A DNA stretch of 60,426 nt, counting the filler, from Catajapyx aquilonaris (Eukaryota), in assembly GCA_000934665.2 (NCBI GenBank). It is 3 parts of 3 records of this genome, joined end to end, with 100 filler letters (N's around TTAATTAATTAA, not from the genome) between each part and the next. Parts side by side here need not be neighbours in the genome. Positions count along the whole stretch, not along the records: positions 40,368 to 60,426 come from JYFJ02006340.1; 2 more parts are not named here. The stretch is one strand, 5' to 3'. A program made the position numbers and the translations under genes. Position 1 is the stretch's first letter, and each line of letters starts with the position of its first letter. Shown piece by piece: positions 51,001 through 60,426 of the stretch. The notes under the pieces were generated by a model, which saw only the letters and a list, made by a program, of their open reading frames with translations, did no database searches and was not told the DNA's origin.

Positions 51001-52932
51001 AAGAGGCTCGCGTTTTCTTATCGCTTCCGGAGTCTGGCCTTGGAAAACTTCGTGCAGTCCCTTTTATAAAAGCTTATTTTTTATTTTCTGTTTTTCTGAA
51101 GCCTCCTAAGGCTCGTGCGTGCGAATCTTTCACCCGACATTTTCTTGGGACCTCAAAAAATTCGGAGAAATAAAACCGCGCGAATGACGCTACACAACCA
51201 GATTAATCGGTTCATGCGATGTAACCGGGATCTTAATGATAATTAATCTGTCACGGAATATAAATCCCAAGAGGCAGTGCAACTTAACCTTCAACTTTGC
51301 GTATACTCGTGCAAACGGTTTGCTTTACTTCCGAGCTGCTTTTACTACACATCTACATGCAACGTATATCAAAAGTTATATTAAGGTCGAAGGGAAAGCA
51401 ATATTTTAATCATTTCAGCACTATATTCATGGCTCCATTGTCATTGGGTATTCTGCAATTACTGTTCATGCAAATCCCGTGACGTAATTCGCCATGCTGC
51501 TGTTTCCCAAACATGACCAATGCTGGCAGGCACAGTTTGCTCCGATCTCACAGTAAATATTGGCAGCAAACATCGTTAACGCGCCCGGAATTATATCTCC
51601 AGTGTGTTCCGTCCCCACTTGACAGCCAGTCGGTAATAAAAATGCTTAAAAAGAATGGGCCAGGTTCGCTTCCTGACATTTAACCCGTCACAGGATGAGA
51701 CATCGCCGCTATCTGAGTCGTCTGGGCAAGGTCAGGTGACCTTCTGTGTACAGAGGTGGAGCAAAGCAATCAATATCGCCTGTACTACATGCCCACCCAC
51801 CAAAAAAAAAACTGTGCCCTTTCTGCACTGAACTGTACTACGCATGCAGCTAAACCAAAGTCTTGGGGTCCGATCGCGTGATGCTAATTTTCTCCGGCCA
51901 TATGGCCTCACACCCAAATTGCAAACGCTTAATTGCCGATTTATCATCTGGGCTCCACCTATACGTACACACTTATTTTTAGTCTCAACAACTGGGTTGA
52001 ACCCGTGGCCGAAAAATTACAGGGTGTCTTAAAATGTTACAAAGCCAGCATAATCTATAGTGTGAAATAAAAATGAATGCCCGGAGGTATATGGAAGAAT
52101 TACGAGAGCATGTGAGCGGCAAAATGGATGATATTTAGGGCATATAAAAAAGTTTTTGTAACGACTCAATGACTGAAAGGAGAAAAGGGTGATTTAACAC
52201 TCAACAACTCGCAATCAACTTGAACTCTTATGGTGCTGTACCAGGAACGGACTGGCTTCTGGCCGACACAGAAAAGGTCACAGGAACCACTCAGGTCGAG
52301 GCAAGACAGTCGAGGAAGGGAAGTTGAAAAAAAAACAACTTTCTGATTTGATGGATTCAAACAAGCAAGTGCATTAGTCGGCACACTTCATGACCTTTTT
52401 CCGTCTATTCTCGCCCTACATACACAGCACCGCTCTATTCTTCTCCCATAGTGAATTATTAAGATTGGGACGTCCGGGGGGTGCACACAAAAAAAAGAGG
52501 CGTCAGAGATCACCGCGTTTCAGATTTATGGCTTCCTATTCCTGCTCCATTTTTTCTTATTCACAAGCGCAAAAATAACTCCATAGATTGGCGAAGAGTC
52601 TATTTTCTAAATATATATTTTTTGTTCCGTATTCCTATAGAAGCGTGGCAGACCTGGAGGGGGCAAAGATCAGGGATTGACTGAAAAGTGTTTGTAAAAA
52701 TGAAAGCATGCGATCCAGAGGAGTATACCGGTAATTTTAAACTCGAGTGAAAGTTTATAGAATCCGGCGCCATTCCGTACCAATAGAATGCAGCACTATT
52801 AATAGTGCGAGGTCGTATTAGGTCATGCCAATTTAAAGCAATAATTAGTCTCGCGTTTATGAGAAGCCCACAGGAACGTTAATTGGACTGATGGATCGAA
52901 TTAAGTTCGCCACGATTATTGAGCAGCCAGTA

Positions 52933-53070
52933 CAGGGTGATGCCCGAATATATGCACACTGTAGAGGTTACAGATTGTTCACCCTGGCAACCTCATAAAA
53001 CTGTTTGCTCCGTTTAAATAAATAAAAAAATACTACTTATTTGTAATTCCAGAGAATGAGCACCACCCTG
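52933..53070. mobile_element. Tc1/mariner-type MITE
   Basis: TA-CAGGGTGATGCCC ... GAGCACCACCCTG-TA. Confidence 0.65.
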
Positions 53071-56058
53071 TAATATATTGCGCTGCTGGCAAATGAGAAA
53101 ATGGGATTTTCAATTATTTTATAATTTTGTCGCATTATTTCCGTCCGATCGATACTGGAAATTGCAGAACCGATGATTACAAGGCTCGTCTGATGGCAGT
53201 CATTATCCTGTTAACACAGAGTTCAAACGTTTCGACCAATTCATATAGCACTAAATGATTGCATTCTTGTTTGTTTGTTTTTTCACGCGGGCAGAGTTAA
53301 TCAACATAATTGCAGCAAAATTGCTGTTCATCGGGCATTAAGATTGCAGCAGTGTGTAGCCATGGAAAACTATGCGGTATTTGCTGGTAATTATTACGCA
53401 CCCTGGAGAAAAAGGCTGGGTTTAATGCAACGGTCTTGCATGAAGATTATATTCTAATGCAATAATTGCCTTTCCTTAACCGGATATTCCATTATCCACT
53501 AATTGTATTGGAATTTACGGATTTTTTGCCCTTAAATCAATGAAGTTCATTACAATGCTGGTAACTGATATCACCCATTTTAAAGGTCACATCAGGTGGG
53601 ATCGTTTGCGGAAAGAGTCATTAAGTAAACTAAAGAGATGTTCAAAAAAAATCGATTGTTATGCCGAATGCAAGCTGCAATAGATATTAAAGGTATTAAA
53701 GGTTAATATCTGTGTCAAGCCGCACATTCAGTCCAAATGGGCAGTTCAAGATTCGAAAAATGTAAGCAATCAGACGTAATAAAATTCAACGCACATAATA
53801 CACAATCGTAACCAACCGGAAATCCTACACGCATCCGTTCAAGGATATCGTTTTGTAGCGGAGTATAATTTTAACGGTGCTAACACACAAATTTCAGTAG
53901 CAATAAAGTTCCGCTTCCTGCAACATTTGACTTGATCCACAATCAGCGCGAATAAACTGTAACTTGTAACAATAAAATTCTGAACACGACGAAAATTTCA
54001 CAACCTCCCGCTGGCACTTGATTAATTCAGCAATTACCACGAACAATGGAGGCTTTTGTCCCCGGTCGCCTTTTGGTCTCAAGATATTACCACATGCAAA
54101 TATCAGCAGGGCGGCGAGTTGTGTCGCAGCACACTAAACGCTTGTGGACTCGTATATAAAACGAAGTCTCCTTTTGCGAATACGTCACAACTGACCTTCC
54201 CCGCTGGTTAGAGTCGTAATCAACCGCAACGTTAGTTGGAAGATTACGTCCCTGGTTGATGATGAATGTTACAACGCTTTTTGTCAGTTCACACTATAGC
54301 TGTCCACTACAACATGACCTCGGGGGCTCGCAGGGTTCATCTCGTGACCCGGCTTTCAAAGGGTTCATCTGCGATAAGCATGGTAGTAATTTGCTAACAG
54401 ATAAAAGAGGAAAATGATCGATAGAAATCAACTGATAGAGTCGAATGTTCCGACGTTTTTTTTTTATTACTTCCCCATCAGGCGGTATCGTACATGCGTC
54501 ATAATCGTTGGGAATGTATGGAAGCAGTACTATATAGAGTACGTTACTAGAGATGGAAGATTAGAGCACATAAATGTACCTCATGCCTCAAAAAAAAAAA
54601 AAAAAATCTGCCAGGCACTTGGTTTTAATCTAAGCAGCAATTCATATGTACACCAAGGGTGAGGCGTGATTTGGTTGTTTAATATGTCGGTTAATGAATT
54701 TGGCACAAAAATGTACAAGTACACCCTTGGAATAAAGCACTGTAATGCAATAGCAGCTGGAAGTATACATGCCTATAGTGTGCATTACGATATGTAGATT
54801 TTGTTAAAAAATGTTGTACTTTAGGAGGACAAACTGCCAACTGTCAGTAATTGAACAACACTGTACATAATAAGGGTAAATCTAAACATCGAGAGGAACA
54901 TGGTTATAGGCCTAATGTCATCTACCTAGCACTACTGAATGCATCTTGCAAAAACCATAAGAAATTTTCATCCCAGTGAAGCAGCGTGACGGACAAGCTT
55001 TTGGTATAGGAATGAGGTAAAAGTTGACACTGTACAATGAAATATAAGTATAGACTTACCTGGTTACTGCAAGACGCATTCAATTTTCTACAGCTAATAT
55101 CCTGAAATTTTGCTCAACAATCTCTGTAACATACGGACATGATCAGTAAACAATCGCGTAGTTTAATCCGATCACAAGTTCTGCGACACTCCCAGGAAGA
55201 ACCATTTCCTGACCGGAAAAGTTACGTCATAACAATTCTGTAATCCGCTGCTGCCCCATTACCAATGGGACCTGCTGCAGTCGAGATAAATATTTAAAGC
55301 CCTTAAATGTCCCTTTCTTCGATTGCTGGGACAATCTATATGCGACCATGGTATATGCTTGCAAGGTAGTCCAAGTGACCCTGATCTGCATCAGTTTTTT
55401 GGAGGTCTGTCCAGAATTGGCGTCGCGTGTATGGAGCGACCGATTTCACTCACCAGAAAAAAAATAATTCACATTCATTAACAGCAGGAAAAGGTACGGG
55501 ATTAATTACTGAATTTCCAATTACTGTCACACAAACACACTTTTTTTTCTATATAGTACTGATTGGCCAACTCTCTTGTTAAAAACAGTAGAAATTGACG
55601 TTTGCCGCAGTCTCACGGGAAACAATCATGTAACCAGCCTATTTTCAGTCACCTTTATAATATTTAACAGCCCAAAATTAGTTAAAATGAATCGATGGGA
55701 TGAAAAGATCAATTGGGGTACCTCCAATACTGTCTTGATCAACTTTTAGGGACATTTTGCCCCCTGCAAGTATATTGTTTCCTGATAATTTACAGAGAGG
55801 GCCACACTGATTTGGGAACAAAACAATCAACCAACAGCAGCTCTATCCATAACGCCATTTGTTGTTTAAAATGGGAGACATCGAGAGACAGTAATTAACT
55901 GTCAATTTGAATACCATCACTGCTCGAGGGCAACACATAATTAGTCTACCTGACGGCAAGAATTTATCGGAAAACACATGACTCTATATATTTTCACGCC
56001 ATTTCAACACAAGAGCAGCACCAGATCGCATAACTATAGATGTAAATTAGGGTCATAG

Positions 56059-56634
56059 TCAGTCGCTGTACACTCTTCGGGCTTCTAGTGGTTTCAGTCT
56101 TCTTGGTGGCTGCTTTCCTTTGCCAGCAGGCACAGGTGTTGCTGACATGATGGCAGCGGAACTGGGCTTGTCCTCGGACATCATCATGACGGAGTTGACC
56201 TTTTTGTTCTTGCCCGATGAAGGCAGCAGCACGTTTTGGAGCGACTTCTGTCGGTCCATCAGCTTGCTCAGCACCTTCATGCCTGTGGCTCTCTGGAGGT
56301 CCTCGTAGGTCAGGAGGTCATACTCGCTGCCTCCCGTGTCCTCACCCCCAGATGACCTCCTGAATGCGGACAGACTTGGCTGCTGGAGACGGCTTCGACA
56401 GCTCTGGACGCTGGTCCTTCGGAGATGCTGGTTGCCCGGAAGAAGCGGAGGACTGGTGGCCATGCTGTCTTCGTCAAACACGTCTTCTTCCTCCGAATGA
56501 CAGCTCTCGTCCTGGGCAGTCGGAGGGGTCACGGGGTCATCCAGGTCGTCGCTGACAGCCCTTGACCTCCGTCGACCTCTGGCCGTCTTGGGCCTGCTGC
56601 TCCGAGCGCCTTTGTCCTCTGGGCTGGTGGCCAT
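56059..56634 (-). CDS. Probable uncharacterised ~191-aa disordered protein (alternative ATG at 56652)
   Basis: Longest ORF in the window and markedly GC-rich versus its flanks. ATG at 56634 lies in GCCACCATGG context with an in-frame stop shortly upstream. Candidate 5'-UTR splice sites at ~56800 (acceptor) and ~57168 (CAG|GTGAGA donor). Confidence 0.7.
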   Translation of the reverse strand: MATSPEDKGARSSRPKTARGRRRSRAVSDDLDDPVTPPTAQDESCHSEEEDVFDEDSMATSPPLLPGNQHLRRTSVQSCRSRLQQPSLSAFRRSSGGEDTGGSEYDLLTYEDLQRATGMKVLSKLMDRQKSLQNVLLPSSGKNKKVNSVMMMSEDKPSSAAIMSATPVPAGKGKQPPRRLKPLEARRVYSD

Positions 56635-59600
56635 GGTGGCTGCGGGACACATGGCTGACACCAGTTCATGCCTCGCTCAACTCACAGGTCACAGGTCACA
56701 TGGCAGGGCGGGCAGAGAGCGGGATATGGCAGCACCCACCTCCACGGTCATGGCTTTCGTGTCTGGCACAGAAACTCGGTCATGCTAAAATCCCCCAGCC
56801 CTGCATCAAAAACCTCAAAGCACGAAGAGAGTCAGTCTTCTTTTCTGATACTGCGCACACCGACTACTGGTGTCCTTCTCTACATCAGAAGGCCCCTCGG
56901 ACAAAATTGCAAACCCACCCTTCAGTCACCACCCAACCTCCCCCGTACACTACTCCCCTGGAACCTACATTTCATGGCGAAAATAATCCATTTGATGACA
57001 GTCAGGCCCATGCCAGTGAATAATTCAGCTGGCAATGGCCCTTTAAAAATAACCCGGGTAAGAAGGTTCAATAGGTGCAATCACATTCTTTGTGTATGAA
57101 ACCACCGAATATTTTCATAGATGAAAAGGTGATCAGCCCCCTTTGTCTAAGACTGTTCATTGATTCTCACCTGAGGGCAGGTGCGCCGTCGCGACTGGCT
57201 TGAAACAAGAATAGAAATCAAATGCCAGTCAAAACTGGACCGTAAAACAGTAGTCTAAACCTGGTCCATACATTACGGCTCGTTATAAATACCGAACTTG
57301 GAGCTACATGGCGCCAGTCAACAATCCAGTGTGAGAAACAACCCTGAAGTCTCATTTTCACTAACTATCCATCAGCACATTAGGTCACATCATCCGTAAT
57401 GCACGGAGCGGACCAAATAATAATTAATAATCCTCTTAAAAACATTTGCAAAAAATGACATGTGCGCATAGTGATCCGATTAGTGCGAACCAGCAATCAT
57501 CCGCATTGGATTACGATTAAGCCCCACCCGATGACAAGTGCAGATCATCAATTAACTACCGCTGATAATAATCATTAAGATGACATGTCTACTGTAGATG
57601 CAAAGATCACAATTTATCAAAATGCGGAACTGGACTTTGATGGACTATCTAGTCAGGTGATTTTTACCTGGCTAGACTTTGAGCTATGTGAGTTATGTTG
57701 GGCAGGTCTGAAAACTGTGCATTAAACGGCCTGAGCCATGTTACACGCCTGACCCGGTTAACACTAATTAATCATGACACTGATTCATTAAGTGGGCTCA
57801 GCCAGCAGGCCTGGCATTTTGAAAGAGAAGGTGATGATTGATGATTATTAATTAATATCAACGACGACCACCAGTGCAGCGTAAACTAAAACTATGATAC
57901 GCTTCCTGAGCTGCACGTCTTAAATATGAAAACCAAGCTGACACCATTCTGAGACGTGATAATTACCCGGCACATACCTCTCCGGTGCAAAATTGTCTAC
58001 TATTTTCCATACAAAAAGTGCTTGCTCTGATGCAATGTATCCCAACTATACACAAAATGGGAATTGGCAAGTACAGAAACAAGGGCCGTATGCTTCATAC
58101 AGTATGTAATATCCAGAAAAACAGAAGCAAACGGCCAGCTTGGTCGAAAGCCAAGTTGAATGCCCCGTTACTACTACGCTGTTATACAGTTAGTTTGCTT
58201 GAAAAAAGCGCGAAGAAGAAAAAGTGGCCCATAAATCGTTGTCCACACGCACATGGTCATTATTACAGTATATGCTGTTACGTTGCCCAGGATTTATGTA
58301 GAAATCATTGGCATGAGATAGAGACACTGGAGACCAGTTCAGTCCATCTATTCTGTCGCCCTATTAGGTCCTGAAAGGCGAGGAATGGCCTCGCAGGAGA
58401 TAAGGCGGGATGGGGGATGATGTAATTTCAATTTTCTGCAGGGCTCCACGAGAGTCCTTCATCTTCCCACATTGATCGACCGCAGATGGGAAGGACACAT
58501 AACATTCGCAACAGCGACTGTACTGCTTGCAATAAAATTACTTCCAAGTTCCTCGCACTTTACTTCAATGCTGATTGTACAGTATTTTAGACCCATTCAT
58601 GAAACACCAGGCAAACCTTTCTGTTATCTCTCTAGGTTGTACTACTAATTAACAGGCGTCTCAGTTGATTTCCTAAAAGTTGCTCTAAACTCGTAACAGA
58701 AAATAGCAGTACCTTTTCAAAGAAACCATCTCATGTCCGAAATGTAATGACACTTTCATTAGTGACAGCTCCAAATTTGGCCAGATCCTGTTATCGCGAT
58801 GCAGGTTCAGCAAATAACTTTAAAGGATGTGAATGTCAACCGGATCAGTTGGACGGTTTCATTAGATGCGATCAGGAGCCTATAAAGCGGCAAGAGTAGT
58901 TATCTGCCATAATATTCTTTGTCTAGTGGAATTACTGTTAGCCAGATGTCAGGGCACTCCCGCTGACAGGGTTTGCAGCACTTGTTTCAACACACTCGCG
59001 AAAGATGGCAGAATTTTCTGCGGCCTACGGTAATCTACCGTAAATTTTCGGGCCTGACTTAAAGTCCTTTTTAAATAGCGTTATTAGATCATACATTCAC
59101 ATTTGTTGCTATTATATCGCTGCAGCTAGTACACATCTAATCAAAACAGGCAGTTTTTTTTTTTTTTTTTTTGCAATAATGCTTATTATGAAATGGTAGC
59201 AATTTTACTTCAGACACTGTATTATGGAGAAACAGTGGACTGGAATCGTACAAGCAGCACACAAGACCTACAAGACTAATAAAAGGTCCAGCAGTGACTG
59301 GAACGTATCTGAAAATAAACATTAAGGGGTATATCAGTGGTGTAGTTTACCATTAATAACAAAAAATTCCAGTCATAATTTATTTCCATTTATATGATTT
59401 ACAAACATACAAAATAACACTATAGCTAAGATCTTTGTCAGGATATACAAATAAGATAGGGACATTTCCATTGATGTCATATTTTACAAATGTACAAAAC
59501 AGGTTAGCTAAGATTTTTGTCTGTATGAAAAAATAACTACACACATCAATTACCCTTTCACATCTCCCATCAAGTCAATGATATCAAGGGCACTTGGTAT

Positions 59601-60303
59601 ATCATGGGTTCATACTTTCTAAGTGTATGTCATGGAGGCTTGCTACCAAGTCATCCTTTATGACTCTTGGTCTCTCCTTTAGCTCTCTGACCAGTGACAA
59701 AAAAAAAGCTCCTGAGGTGGAAAAACTAGCCGAGATCACTCAGGCCAAGGCACGAGTCAAGGTCTGGAAGGATGCTGAAGAGTGCTGACAATTTTGTGCA
59801 TTCTACTCAAAGAGTACATATGGGGCATCCCTGAACATTCTCCTCACTTATTATTACGTAGTTCAAAAACAGCTTAAAACTCTACTCTTGGGTCAACATT
59901 TGCTAAAGGGACACACTGAGGTAGGTGATGAAAGTTGGTAGTTTCCAACAATAATTTATGATTTCATATTTCCTGTATTCTCTTACTATGCGTTTCAATA
60001 TTCTGTAATGTAGCCACATAGGCGATATATCATGAGGTATCGAAAATAATATTTTGTTATTCTTACTGTTACCACTGTCTCAAAAATTTTAAGGCCTGTT
60101 AAAATATCACTTTCTTATTATACAACATTAATGTTATAAATACACTTTCCAGACTCAGGAATAAAGTTACCACCTTATTAATATTTCACACACTTGCAAG
60201 GATTAAATAAGTTTATCATGAAATTTGAGTCAAAACACTTAGTCCAGTCAAATAGTAGAGAATGGATACAAAAATTAGGGTAGAGCTAATTTTTTAATAT
60301 GTT

Positions 60304-60426
60304 GTAAGGGTTGGTCCCCTGACTAATTTCCACAGTTTTGCCAACAAAATTTTTTGCCGCCGGCGCCGCCATCTTGGAAAAACCCCGAAATTTTCGGACT
60401 TTTTTTGGGTTTTGCCAAATATCTGC
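60304..60426. mobile_element. Probable DNA-transposon terminus at the window end
   Basis: TAA-GGGGTTGGTCCC start and a GCCGCCATCTTGGA subterminal motif common in invertebrate MITEs. The other end is not visible. Confidence 0.35.

Noticed and set aside
59683..59788. Possible terminal exon after CTCTCCTTTAG (SLTSDKKKAPEVEKLAEITQAKARVKVWKDAEEC*)
   Set aside because: Short, no upstream exons identified, and could arise by chance.

Overview
Eukaryotic (animal, probably arthropod/hexapod) genomic DNA, AT-rich and dense in transposon relics. I found no prokaryotic operons, CRISPR arrays, rRNA or true tRNA genes. The window is three ~20 kb pieces (1-20064, 20164-40267, 40368-60426) joined by artificial N-TTAATTAATTAA-N linkers, so the pieces may not be adjacent in the genome. 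Piece 1 holds a tandem array of five paralogues of a 4-exon gene for a small four-TM membrane protein (LAPTM4/DUF4728-like by motif), which the ORF track splits into fragments. Two copies are intact (12536-13562, 176 aa; 15981-17186, 170 aa). One is interrupted in exon 3 by a TTAA-specific piggyBac-type element, one is cut in exon 3 by a hAT-like terminus at the window edge, and one is a frameshifted 5' half. Piece 2 appears non-coding: nested MITEs, two related tRNA-derived SINEs with different heads, an RTE 5' fragment, a Helitron-type end and a 600-bp palindrome. Piece 3 has two plausible minus-strand coding exons (an acidic FFAT-like N-terminus at 42416-42745 and a ~190-aa low-complexity ORF at 56059-56634) plus small MITEs. 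The best leads are birth-and-death of the membrane-protein family driven by transposons, a possible in-frame splice-out of the piggyBac insert, and the modular SINE pair. All family names come from manual motif recognition, not database searches.
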